A program made the translations under genes and the position numbers. Below are positions 1 through 8,476 of a DNA stretch of 50,682 nucleotides, piece by piece; within the stretch, counting starts at the first letter, position 1; every line of letters begins with the position of its first letter. Origin of the DNA: Patescibacteria group bacterium. GTDB taxonomy: Bacteria > Patescibacteriota > Saccharimonadia > Saccharimonadales > VXPC01. The notes under the pieces are model-generated. The model saw only the letters and a list, made by a program, of their open reading frames with translations. It did no database searches and was not told where the DNA came from. The stretch is taken from NCBI GenBank assembly GCA_039028495.1, contig JBCCHY010000002.1, positions 1-50,682 on the forward strand. The letters run 5' to 3'.

Positions 1-1
1 G

Positions 2-811
2 ACCAAAAAAACCTCTCCAAAAACACCAAAAGTTAGCATCGTAATCCCGGCATATAACGAAGAGTCAATGATAGCGGGGTGTCTTGACGTATTAATACCT
101 CAACTAAAAAGAGGTGATGAAGTGATAGTTGTTGATAACAACTCGACCGACAAAACCGTAAAGATTGCCAAAAAATATAAAGTACGTGTTCTGAAAGAAA
201 GCCGCCAAGGCCAAGTATTCGCCCAAGACACAGGGTTTGCAGCTGCCAAGAACGAGATAATTGCACGTATTGATGCTGATACTTTTGTTATGCCTGAGTG
301 GCTAGAGGCTATTAGGAGTTCTTTTAAAGAACGAGATGTTATTGCTGCTACTGGCATGGTTTTACCAAGAGAAAGTTATTTCAAAAAGGGTCCTGTGCTA
401 ATTACGCGTCTTGCCTATGAGTCCCAAAGGTTAATGATGGGTAGTTACCTGACATTTGGTAGCAACTGCGCATTTAGAAAGACGGCCTGGAAGGCCATTA
501 GAAACCAGCAGATGATGCGCTCTGACATATGGGAAGATGTCGATATGGGTATCCTGCTTAGTAGGAGGGGCCGTGTACATTTTATTAAGGAGCCTCTGGC
601 AACGATTTCAGTCCGTAGGTTAACTGGCAGCCCCTTAACAACCTACCCCTATCTATTTCGTTTAACAAAGACGTATTGGCTATGGGGTAAAAAAATCGCT
701 GCTGTTTTTAGCGTGCTTGAGAGAGCTGTATTGATAGCCCTGGGTGTGCCATTCATCATGATTGAAGCTATGCTGTCAATAGTTTTTGGGCTTTTCAGGA
801 GGTCTCGTTAA
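2..811 (+). CDS. Family 2 glycosyltransferase; the 5' end runs off the window
   Basis: The frame is open to the left edge. In-frame codons upstream of the listed ATG read KVSIVIPAYNEE, the canonical GT2 N-terminus. VIVVDNNSTD and a DAD motif follow, with a C-terminal hydrophobic segment. Confidence 0.8.
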   Translation, partial: TKKTSPKTPKVSIVIPAYNEESMIAGCLDVLIPQLKRGDEVIVVDNNSTDKTVKIAKKYKVRVLKESRQGQVFAQDTGFAAAKNEIIARIDADTFVMPEWLEAIRSSFKERDVIAATGMVLPRESYFKKGPVLITRLAYESQRLMMGSYLTFGSNCAFRKTAWKAIRNQQMMRSDIWEDVDMGILLSRRGRVHFIKEPLATISVRRLTGSPLTTYPYLFRLTKTYWLWGKKIAAVFSVLERAVLIALGVPFIMIEAMLSIVFGLFRRSR

Positions 812-1337
812 CACATTCTGCATGAAGGCCTATCTGGCGCTCTTGTGCCTGTTCGGCGGCCGTTCTGAACTCGTCTAGCCTAGAATGCGGGAAGTTATTG
901 TAGAACGGGCTATAGCCATTCTTGACGAGCTCTAGATTAACATCTAGGCCATCGGACTTGCGCTCAACAAATCGCAGTAGTCGCTCGTAACGATCTCGAT
1001 TTGTACTGAGTGGGTCCGCTTTTAGAACCACCCTCTCCCCGTCTAGTAGATCCCGGACGTAATCGGTTGCTTCGAACCCATAGCACTCGATATTCGTATC
1101 ATTGCCTCCTGTCTCTGGCGTATCTACGCCTATAAGACGTACTTTTTGCTCGCGGCCGTCCATTTTGACACCGATAGTGTCGCCGTCATACACAGATAGC
1201 ACTGGGTAGCTACCCTGGTTCCGCAGTTGCTTGTTAACAACAAAGTCCCCAATGTCTTTTACGAGCAGTACGACTATTGTTGTCATTATTGCAATCGCTA
1301 GGTATCTAAGGAGTTCTTTCAGTAGTCTCTTGATCAT
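795..1337 (-). CDS. Membrane-anchored staphylococcal-nuclease-like (SNase/thermonuclease) protein
   Basis: It has an N-terminal TM helix. VYDGDTIGV...VRLIGVDTPE is the SNase Ca-binding/catalytic signature. A downstream R/E-rich core is present. Confidence 0.75.
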   Translation of the reverse strand: MIKRLLKELLRYLAIAIMTTIVVLLVKDIGDFVVNKQLRNQGSYPVLSVYDGDTIGVKMDGREQKVRLIGVDTPETGGNDTNIECYGFEATDYVRDLLDGERVVLKADPLSTNRDRYERLLRFVERKSDGLDVNLELVKNGYSPFYNNFPHSRLDEFRTAAEQAQERQIGLHAECVNETS

Positions 1338-1361
1338 ACGAATTGAGTATACACAACCCTT

Positions 1362-2708
1362 ATGTTTTTCCGGCGTTATGACATGCGTGTATCATATAGC
1401 TTAAGTTTGGAGGGTAATAGTCTGGTGAGTGCAGTACGCGCAGAGACCGTCGGTGGGGCTGAGGATAAGTACGCACACGTACCAGAAGAGTTTAGACCGA
1501 AAGTTTACGGTGTCCACAATATAATGCCCTTGAGAGTGGGCGACGTGATAATGGTTGCTCAGTCGAGGAATGCCCCTAATAGAGTGCGCACCAGTTTGGG
1601 CGAGTCAATCGAAGAGATTGGTTTACTCAATAACCCTGATATTGCAAGAGTAGAAGAAGTTGGCTTTAAAGAGTACGTTGAGTTTGTAAACCGTATATGG
1701 GGAGCCGAGCATAGACCAGATGACTACTCGCCTGCCTCGGATGGTATGTACTATTTAGTGATAGCTGGGCATACAAGAACAGGTACTATATGGGATCTGG
1801 CTGAGCGCCATAGTGCATATGCACTAGAACATGGATATCAAATTGACCCTGCTGATACAGTGATAGAGTGCAAGATCTATGATGCCCCAGACCCAGCAAC
1901 GATACTGAGCATTCAGCTTGACGAGAATTTGCATGAAAGAGTGCCTGAAGAACGCAACGCTGTTGCAATTGTAGAGTCGTATTACTTTGGTTTAGAGCAA
2001 GGTAGATGGTCCGACGAGAAAGGATTTGTCGCAGCTGCTGAGGGCAAGTTTACGCCAAGACAGCTAGAAAAAGCACTTCTCTTTGCGCAGCTACCTTCAG
2101 AGTATAGGGACGCTGTTTTAGCAAACGGAATTCCATATGCGGTGGCAGTAGAGGTTTCCTCGCTAGCTATTGATCACAGAAGCTATGTTCTACAGGACCA
2201 TCATGGAGTTGAAGATGTATCTGAGCTAGAAGAAGAGCTGCACCAAGATGTGATTCGTATTTGTGACTATTTTATTGGCCGCGAAATAGCTCTCGCGCTT
2301 GAAAAGGGCAAGAGGATGAATATTTCTGCTTACAGAAAAAGATGCCAAGGATTTAGAGCTTCGTGGGGGGCAGCATTAAATAAGGCAGAAATTGATGATG
2401 GCAATCAACTGTTCAAACTTGATATGGCTGCAGAGCAGTTAAGGCTGTGGGAGGCAGCAAAGCTAAAAGCATATAATGATTTTCGTACGGCTGTTAGTAG
2501 GTTTAATAACATTGCTAGTGAACGGAGCGCCGCTGTTATGAGTGCGCACCTTTCTGTACTCGAAAGAACTGGTAAGTCAGAAGACGTAGCTCAAGTTCTG
2601 GAGGGGCTAAAAGACCAGTACGGTGAATTTGCCTCAAGAATTGCTGTTTCAGGGGTAGTTAGTGCAAATGGCGTAAGAGACAGTCATCAAGAATCCCTGC
2701 TAGCCTAG
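1362..2708 (+). CDS. ParB/sulfiredoxin-fold (ParB-like nuclease domain) protein with a long uncharacterised C-terminal helical region
   Basis: The N-terminal third reads IMPLRVGDV...NPNR...SIEEIGLLNNP...YYLVIAGHTRT, which fits the ParB N-domain pattern (GxxR box). The remaining ~300 aa have no recognisable motif. The start is uncertain (1362 or 1383). Confidence 0.5.
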   Translation: MFFRRYDMRVSYSLSLEGNSLVSAVRAETVGGAEDKYAHVPEEFRPKVYGVHNIMPLRVGDVIMVAQSRNAPNRVRTSLGESIEEIGLLNNPDIARVEEVGFKEYVEFVNRIWGAEHRPDDYSPASDGMYYLVIAGHTRTGTIWDLAERHSAYALEHGYQIDPADTVIECKIYDAPDPATILSIQLDENLHERVPEERNAVAIVESYYFGLEQGRWSDEKGFVAAAEGKFTPRQLEKALLFAQLPSEYRDAVLANGIPYAVAVEVSSLAIDHRSYVLQDHHGVEDVSELEEELHQDVIRICDYFIGREIALALEKGKRMNISAYRKRCQGFRASWGAALNKAEIDDGNQLFKLDMAAEQLRLWEAAKLKAYNDFRTAVSRFNNIASERSAAVMSAHLSVLERTGKSEDVAQVLEGLKDQYGEFASRIAVSGVVSANGVRDSHQESLLA

Positions 2709-2760
2709 ACCATTATCGTGCATGAACAGTTCAGTGGCTTTACTAAATTACGCAGTCGCT

Positions 2761-3357
2761 TTAGTAGTCGATGCCGATTTTGGCTAGGACTCCGTCGTCG
2801 TAGTGATGTTTGAGTTTAGCCATCTCTGTGACTATATCAGCATGTTCGACGAGCTTTTCCGGGAAGTTCCTGCCGGTTAGACATAGCGATACGCCTTGCT
2901 GCCTGGCAGTCGATATTAGGTCAGCTAGCGCGCCCTCTGGTAGTAGCCCGTCGTGAACTGCATTATTGATCTCGTCACAGATGACGACGTCGTAACTCGA
3001 TTGGATAGCTTCTTCCGCTTTGGTCAGTGTATCTTTAGCGGCTTGCTTATGCTGCTTTTCGGTTATTTCCTTGGCTGACATGTCACCGGCGTTGTAGAAG
3101 CCCTTGCCGCCTTTGTAGAAAAGCAGTCTATCCCCGTAGGTTTTTTCTATCTCGGCTATAAACTGATGTTCACTCACCTGCCAGTGTTTTATGAACTGAA
3201 GAAAAGCGACCGACTTACCTGCACCGAGAGCTCTTACTAGCAGGCCAAGGCTAGCGCTTGTTTTGCCCTTGCCCTCCCCTGTATAGACAACAATGGTTGC
3301 GTTAGATGAGCTTGTATTCACGTAGGTAGCCGTCAATCCCTTGGCGGTCAAAACCAA
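2761..3357 (-). CDS. cobO: ATP:cob(I)alamin adenosyltransferase, CobO/BtuR family
   Basis: VVYTGEGKGKTSASLGLLVRALGAG...FLQFIK is a P-loop typical of CobA/CobO/BtuR. DEINNA and the HHYD tail are also present. The TTG start overlaps the upstream gene. Confidence 0.75.
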   Translation of the reverse strand: MVLTAKGLTATYVNTSSSNATIVVYTGEGKGKTSASLGLLVRALGAGKSVAFLQFIKHWQVSEHQFIAEIEKTYGDRLLFYKGGKGFYNAGDMSAKEITEKQHKQAAKDTLTKAEEAIQSSYDVVICDEINNAVHDGLLPEGALADLISTARQQGVSLCLTGRNFPEKLVEHADIVTEMAKLKHHYDDGVLAKIGIDY

Positions 3358-3565
3358 TCACCAGGTCTTTGCCGCCGAACATGGTTACAGGTACTCCTGC
3401 TTGGCCTGTTTTTTCTCGTAACCACATGGCAGCATCAGGCTCTTCGTCAATATCTACGACGGTGAATTCTACACCCTTGTCGGATAGATATGCTTTGACC
3501 ATTTTACAAAAGCCACACCACTGTGCGCTGAATACTTTTACTTGTATATTTTCATCCGTGTCCAT
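3302..3565 (-). CDS. Glutaredoxin/NrdH-like small redox protein
   Basis: It is 87 aa, with a VFSAQWCGFCK CxxC active site in a thioredoxin fold, and GVPV...G downstream. Confidence 0.8.
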   Translation of the reverse strand: MDTDENIQVKVFSAQWCGFCKMVKAYLSDKGVEFTVVDIDEEPDAAMWLREKTGQAGVPVTMFGGKDLVIGFDRQGIDGYLREYKLI

Positions 3566-3567
3566 AA

Positions 3568-3894
3568 CTACTCCTTTGAATGTGGTTTGCCGAGCCCGGC
3601 TATTACGAGAAACAACGTTAGTGCAAAGCCGATGCTGATAATTATCGCCCCCATATTAGGTAGGTATTCGTAGAAAAATACACCGAGCACAAAATGTGCG
3701 AGCGCGATCATTAGTAGTTCGTGGGCTCTGCGCAACTTGAGCGCGTAAGAACAAACAGCATGCACCGCCACAACTACTCCAATCCACAAGAGAAGCGCAT
3801 TGAGGGGCTCACCAAAATAATGAGACACAGAGCTGATTGCACCAGAGTGCTCCTCTCCTGCATGGGCTAATATGTGTAGTGTGATATCAAACAT
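3568..3894 (-). CDS. Small integral membrane protein (3 predicted TM), unknown function
   Basis: It has hydrophobic segments and a His-rich N-terminus (HILAHAGEEHSG). Its stop lies 3 nt upstream of the Grx start, consistent with an operon. Confidence 0.55.
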   Translation of the reverse strand: MFDITLHILAHAGEEHSGAISSVSHYFGEPLNALLLWIGVVVAVHAVCSYALKLRRAHELLMIALAHFVLGVFFYEYLPNMGAIIISIGFALTLFLVIAGLGKPHSKE

Positions 3895-3951
3895 AAGCTA
3901 TACAAAGTATACCAGTCGCTTGAGTTAAGTACATATGACGGCGGCGTGCTG

Positions 3952-3957
3952 TAGAAT
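3952..3957 (+). promoter_or_regulatory. -10 box TAGAAT lying 6 nt upstream of the ATG at 3964 (leaderless geometry)
   Basis: The sequence reads tgTAGAATggctctATG, with no Shine-Dalgarno. Confidence 0.45.
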
Positions 3958-3963
3958 GGCTCT

Positions 3964-4578
3964 ATGCTAAAAAACTATACATTTAAATTTGTAGCTGTGT
4001 TTTTACTAGGGTTCCTCTGGGCTGTTAGCCTGAGGTTTATGCTTGTTGGGCCTAACGTCACCCATTATCATGCAGATTTTGCTCTATACATTGACGGAGA
4101 GCGTGACCAGTTGGAGAGTTTTGTGTTCTACGAAGAAATAGCTGCATGCAGTGATGCCTATTCCAACAACCCGGCGTCTAGAGTCCACCTACACGACAAT
4201 ATCTCGACATTAGTGCATGTTCACGACGAAGCTGCAACCTGGAGTCATTTATTTAGCAATCTAGGCTATGGCCTAACGGAGAACACAGTTGAAACAGAAG
4301 CAGGAGTTCACAGCGATAACGACGCTAAGCAACTCCGGTTTGTCCTAAACGGCAAGATTGTTCGAGGCGTCGCTAACAGCACCATTGGTGATCTCGACCA
4401 GCTTGTCGTCGACTACAGTAATGACTCTGAAGAAGTTTTGTTATCTAGGTATACAGAGCTGCAGGGTCTGGCGCAAGCTGCAGAAGCCAACACCAAGTCA
4501 GATCCATCTACTTGTTCTGGACAAACTGCGGACGAAGGTTTCTTTGATAGACTGAAACGCACCATAGGCGTGAACTAA
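3964..4578 (+). CDS. Membrane-anchored hypothetical protein with paired His motifs
   Basis: It has an N-terminal TM helix and the motifs HYHADF, VHLHD and VHVHD, which suggest metal binding. No family was recognised. Confidence 0.5.
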   Translation: MLKNYTFKFVAVFLLGFLWAVSLRFMLVGPNVTHYHADFALYIDGERDQLESFVFYEEIAACSDAYSNNPASRVHLHDNISTLVHVHDEAATWSHLFSNLGYGLTENTVETEAGVHSDNDAKQLRFVLNGKIVRGVANSTIGDLDQLVVDYSNDSEEVLLSRYTELQGLAQAAEANTKSDPSTCSGQTADEGFFDRLKRTIGVN

Positions 4579-4724
4579 TTAATAGGGCTCCCAGAAACCC
4601 TGACGGTGCCCTATCCAAAACAACTGGTCTTATATCTGTTTCGCTTAGAAAACCATCATGGTTTGTGAGAGTCCTATTAGTTCGATAACGACATTAGTCT
4701 CTAGCCAATAGCACAAACTTGTTA

Positions 4725-4733
4725 TGCTATAAT
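4725..4733 (+). promoter_or_regulatory. Extended -10 promoter TGcTATAAT for the aquaporin gene
   Basis: TGCTATAAT lies 30 nt upstream of the ATG. A strong AAGGAGG SD sits at 4750-4756. Confidence 0.5.
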
Positions 4734-4763
4734 TATGAGCAGACTTATTAAGGAGGGTCTAAA

Positions 4764-5381
4764 ATGACAAATAAACAAATGGCCAGCTTTGTAGCTGAGC
4801 TGGTGGGGACATTCATATTGGCATCAGTTGCCTTTTCTGTTGGTGGAGCAGGAGCGGTAGGTGTCGTTATCGTCGGTCTAACGTTGATGGTGCTCGTCAA
4901 CATGATGGGCGGCATTTCAGGTGCGCATGTGAACCCAGCCGTCACAGCTGGCATGTTAGCGCTGCGTAAGATTAAACTACCAGACGCTGTCATGTACGTT
5001 GTCGCACAAGGTCTAGGAGCGCTTGGCGCCTGGCTAATGTACGAGTACCTCACAGGTCGCGATGTAGCTAGCATCGATGCTGATTTTTCAAATGAGCTAT
5101 TCGTAGCTGAGATACTCGGTATGGCCGTATTCGGTATGGGTATTGCTGCTGCAGTACGCAACAAACTGACAGGTGCGCAAGCAGCTGTAACAATCGGTTT
5201 CAGCCTAATGCTTGGTATTGTTGTCGCAAGTGTCGCAAGCGGAGCTGGGACAATCAACCCGGCGATTGCACTCGGTATGCAGGACTTGTCAGTTGAAAAA
5301 CTGGTCGGTCCGATACTAGGTAGCGTTGTAGGTATGTCAGTCTATATGTGGCTGGCTGATACAGCTGCCAAAAAAAGCTAG
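4764..5381 (+). CDS. MIP-family channel (aquaporin/aquaglyceroporin)
   Basis: Two NPA boxes are present (HVNPAVT and INPAIA) with six hydrophobic segments. It is 205 aa. Confidence 0.9.
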   Translation: MTNKQMASFVAELVGTFILASVAFSVGGAGAVGVVIVGLTLMVLVNMMGGISGAHVNPAVTAGMLALRKIKLPDAVMYVVAQGLGALGAWLMYEYLTGRDVASIDADFSNELFVAEILGMAVFGMGIAAAVRNKLTGAQAAVTIGFSLMLGIVVASVASGAGTINPAIALGMQDLSVEKLVGPILGSVVGMSVYMWLADTAAKKS

Positions 5382-5422
5382 ACTTTTCGCTTACACACAG
5401 TAGTTAGCTATTAGTACTAGCA

Positions 5423-5456
5423 GAGACCTCGGAAAGAGCAGCCGGGGTCTCTTTTT
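5423..5456 (+). terminator. Intrinsic terminator downstream of the aquaporin gene
   Basis: The stem gagacctcgg/ccggggtctc (10 bp, one G-U) has a 9-nt loop and is followed by TTTTT. Confidence 0.7.
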
Positions 5457-5496
5457 CGCCCTCCTGAATCTCAAGTTACTATAAAATAGGTGTATT

Positions 5497-6171
5497 GTGA
5501 GAAATTTGGTCATTGGTATTGTTCTCGTTATGGTCACTAGCGGGTTTGTTGTTCTAGGCGTCAGCTTGCCCGGATTTTTTCGTGATGCAGAGCAGGCCTC
5601 ACCTACTCCAGTAGCCCAGACGGTCAACAGATTTGCCAAGCTAACGGCGAATGGCGACCCTGTACCTACTGATGCACGTGAAGATGTGGTTGTGACCGTG
5701 ACATTCTTTGACTCAGGTGAGGAGACGAACAGATCTGTACTAGACTATGCTACTAGCGGCAACTGGAGAATCTCTGACACGACACCTGATGGCAGATTGT
5801 CGTCTAGCACCATGCAGGTCGACGGTCGATACTATCTGCTTAGCGACATTGATCTGGTATGGGATGAAGTACCTGAGAGTGCAGCCGGGGTTGATCCAGA
5901 AGAAATCAGTAATTATGTACTGAACGATGAACAGTTAGATTTTTTTAACAGAGCCTCCGTTCAGCTTGAAGATGAACTGTGTAGTGGTAGCAGATGTTCC
6001 GTTTGGGAGTCGCAGACGTCTGATGGCCAGGATACGATTATCATCAGGGTCCTAAAAGATACGAGAAAGATCTATGACGTTAGCGGGATCACAACTAGCG
6101 GGAACTTTATCGCTACATATTCGTACCAGGACGTTAATTTGAGCGTACCCGAGAGCGCACGGCTCTTGTAA
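5497..6171 (+). CDS. Secreted or membrane-anchored hypothetical protein
   Basis: It has a GTG start, an N-terminal TM/signal anchor and an acidic, Ser/Asp-rich ectodomain. No motif was recognised. Confidence 0.5.
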   Translation: MRNLVIGIVLVMVTSGFVVLGVSLPGFFRDAEQASPTPVAQTVNRFAKLTANGDPVPTDAREDVVVTVTFFDSGEETNRSVLDYATSGNWRISDTTPDGRLSSSTMQVDGRYYLLSDIDLVWDEVPESAAGVDPEEISNYVLNDEQLDFFNRASVQLEDELCSGSRCSVWESQTSDGQDTIIIRVLKDTRKIYDVSGITTSGNFIATYSYQDVNLSVPESARLL

Positions 6172-6607
6172 CACCTAGTACTATAGTGAAAACTACCGCT
6201 CCAATTGTATTCGCAAGTATATCCCAGTTGGTTTCGTGAGTGTTTATGCGGTAGTCAAACACTTCGACTAGAAATAGTTCCAGTAGCTCGTTAGCCGCTC
6301 CGAGAGCTGACACAATCCCAAATAGATACAGTAGGCTCACTAGATTAATGTCTAGTCTGAGGTGTTTTAGTAAGTAGAGCCATACAAATCCGCTAAATAG
6401 ACCTCCACCCACAATATGTGTCGTAAATGATGTGTCGACACCCTCAATAGTTGGTGAAGGCAGGAACCAAGAAATAGCAAACACCGCACTAGCTGCCACA
6501 AGTAGCCCAATCCCCGGTGATTTCTTGCCAGAGAGCTTGGTGACCAGTCTAGGGAGGCCTAGTATCAGTAGCGGTGGCAAGAATGCTATGAACCAATGGA
6601 ACAGCAT
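6134..6607 (-). CDS. VanZ-like integral membrane protein
   Basis: It is 157 aa with 4-5 TM segments. The C-terminal E..F....R.....NWDILANTIGAV pattern resembles the VanZ family. Confidence 0.4.
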   Translation of the reverse strand: MLFHWFIAFLPPLLILGLPRLVTKLSGKKSPGIGLLVAASAVFAISWFLPSPTIEGVDTSFTTHIVGGGLFSGFVWLYLLKHLRLDINLVSLLYLFGIVSALGAANELLELFLVEVFDYRINTHETNWDILANTIGAVVFTIVLGVTRAVRSRVRSN

Positions 6608-6609
6608 GT

Positions 6610-6912
6610 CTACCCTTCTTGGATCTCCGTGGTTTCGATTCCACTATCGAGATTTTGATAGAGGTATATGCTCAAGCCCACTACGGTACCGATTGCTAAG
6701 ATAGAAGATACTACCAGCCAAATTATAGGATTGCTTAGCTTGCTTGTTCTTGGGTTTATGATTCGTTCTAAGTCTTTGTCCTGGATGTTAAAGTCAGGTG
6801 CCTGTTCTGGCTGAGGTTCGGTTTTCTGAGGCGCCGCATTAGTAGGGTCTACAACAACACCTTCACCCGGTTGTACGACGATTCCTTCGGTTTTTTGCTC
6901 ATCCATAACCAT
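6610..6912 (-). CDS. Small single-pass membrane protein, Pro/Gln-rich N-terminus
   Basis: It is 100 aa with one C-terminal TM helix. Its stop is 3 nt from the downstream start. Confidence 0.45.
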   Translation of the reverse strand: MVMDEQKTEGIVVQPGEGVVVDPTNAAPQKTEPQPEQAPDFNIQDKDLERIINPRTSKLSNPIIWLVVSSILAIGTVVGLSIYLYQNLDSGIETTEIQEG

Positions 6913-6977
6913 AAGTGTATCACCTAGGTGAAAAAGTTTTCACTGATTTGACGCGTGATGCACTATAGGCTTGCAAC

Positions 6978-7787
6978 ATGAGTAAACCAGCACCACGAGT
7001 ATATGCAATGCCGACGGACATTCATGGTACTTTCGAAACAGATTATACAATCCGTAACACAGATGGTGATCCAGATGAACGAGGTCTAGCAGTTGCCCAG
7101 TACAGGGGCACTTGGGTAGTCAGAAACGCGCTGCTCATGCTTCATGAACTAACCGACTCTCTCCCTCCTAAGGAGATGAAATTCCCCACTAGAGTATATG
7201 GTGCGGCTACCCTTGTCTCTTGTGTAGAAGTACTAGGTAGTGGCCCGCGCGTTGGCTATAAAAACCTGAGACTCCCCTACCTCGCTACCCCACCTGCAGA
7301 GCGGCCGGGCAGAGATATGCTTTTGTCTGCAGCTGCAGGTAGACTAGAAATGGCTCAGCACGCGCTAGTCGATCTGATTCATGCGGATAGGTATAGCAGC
7401 AGGAGTGTTCGCAACGCTCGCAACCAAGTCAGCAGACTGCTCGGAGAAAGCAGTATGCAATTAGCAGGTGCCGATGTGGTTGCTTCGATTGCCTCGTGGG
7501 AGAGAGATGTGATCTCCCAGGGCGCCAATCTTGACTATGAGGATGACGCGGTAGCTCGGGCTATTCAGGTGATGGTCAAGAGGAGTGCGATGCTTAACCG
7601 CAAAAATGCCATTAACCTACACACAAGTGCGAGGCATCACCCTTCACTTCGGGCTATTGGTGACCCTTTGAGTCTAGTGAACAGATTTATTGATAATCAT
7701 ATGCCTCAGACCTTTCGTGATGCACATTCACGATTCGTCGCTCAGGGGCAGGACATATCTCTCGTCAAAGAAGAACGGGTCGCCTAG
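6978..7787 (+). CDS. Hypothetical protein (269 aa), no recognised domain
   Basis: It is a long intact ORF. Its 3' end overlaps the convergent gene by 60 nt. Confidence 0.5.
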   Translation: MSKPAPRVYAMPTDIHGTFETDYTIRNTDGDPDERGLAVAQYRGTWVVRNALLMLHELTDSLPPKEMKFPTRVYGAATLVSCVEVLGSGPRVGYKNLRLPYLATPPAERPGRDMLLSAAAGRLEMAQHALVDLIHADRYSSRSVRNARNQVSRLLGESSMQLAGADVVASIASWERDVISQGANLDYEDDAVARAIQVMVKRSAMLNRKNAINLHTSARHHPSLRAIGDPLSLVNRFIDNHMPQTFRDAHSRFVAQGQDISLVKEERVA

Positions 7788-8411
7788 CTTAATCTTATTT
7801 GCGATTAACGATACCCCCGGCATCATAGCTGTGTCTTCGAAATCCGGATCTTGGTACCATTCATAACTAGCTCTCTTACCTTCTTTGAGAGTGTCCCTAC
7901 TGCTGCATGCTGCAGTGATGATAGTCATGTGAATAAAGCTTTCGAGAGACTCGTCATCATATGTACGAAAGTAGCCAGAGCCTACGGTACTCACATCAGA
8001 TATATCGACACCCAGACGCTCTTTTATCTGTTTTTTGACTGTAATCTCGATCAGCTCTTTTGGATTGGGTGTGATGTTAATAAATCCTGTTTTACCGAGT
8101 AGTGGATGTAGTTTTCGGGTTGCCAGTAGCCAGTGACTATCATTGCGTACACAGACAGTTAGAACTGACCTGGCAAGCGCTAGCCTGTCTCTCAGTGAAT
8201 GGTATATGCCGGCTGCTGAGCGTTTACCCTCTGAAGTTAGCTCGTATGATCCAGAACTATTTTTCTGGACTAGCTTGGATACGATTACTTGCTTTAGGTG
8301 GTACGTGAACAGCTTGTTCTCTACCCCGTCGGGCTTTAGCTCACTGAAGGTTGCACTGTGCAAACTAGCCAGTCTATAGACGATTTCTTTCTGTATGTGG
8401 TGAGTTAACAT
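7728..8411 (-). CDS. Winged-helix (MarR-like) N-terminal domain fused to a degenerate Nudix-like domain
   Basis: The N-terminus reads IVYRLASLHSATFSELKP...KLFTYHLKQVIVSKLVQK (wHTH-like). A central G-x5-N...KKQIKERLGV resembles a Nudix box that has lost the REx2EE residues. The start was moved to ATG 8411 because a TATAAT box (8426..8421) abuts the listed GTG. Confidence 0.4.
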   Translation of the reverse strand: MLTHHIQKEIVYRLASLHSATFSELKPDGVENKLFTYHLKQVIVSKLVQKNSSGSYELTSEGKRSAAGIYHSLRDRLALARSVLTVCVRNDSHWLLATRKLHPLLGKTGFINITPNPKELIEITVKKQIKERLGVDISDVSTVGSGYFRTYDDESLESFIHMTIITAACSSRDTLKEGKRASYEWYQDPDFEDTAMMPGVSLIANKIKLGDPFFFDERYVLPLSDES

Positions 8412-8420
8412 GACCTGCAC

Positions 8421-8426
8421 ATTATA
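8421..8426 (-). promoter_or_regulatory. -10 box TATAAT lying 9 nt upstream of ATG 8411 (near-leaderless)
   Basis: The minus strand reads ggTATATAATgtgcaggtcATG. Confidence 0.4.
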
Positions 8427-8439
8427 TACCTGAATCTCA

Positions 8440-8448
8440 TGATATAAT
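8440..8448 (+). promoter_or_regulatory. Extended -10 promoter TGaTATAAT for the OmpA-like gene
   Basis: TGATATAAT lies 28 nt upstream of ATG 8477. An AAGGGG SD lies between them. Confidence 0.5.
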
Positions 8449-8476
8449 CGCTTAAGCTAAAACAAAGGGGTTATTA

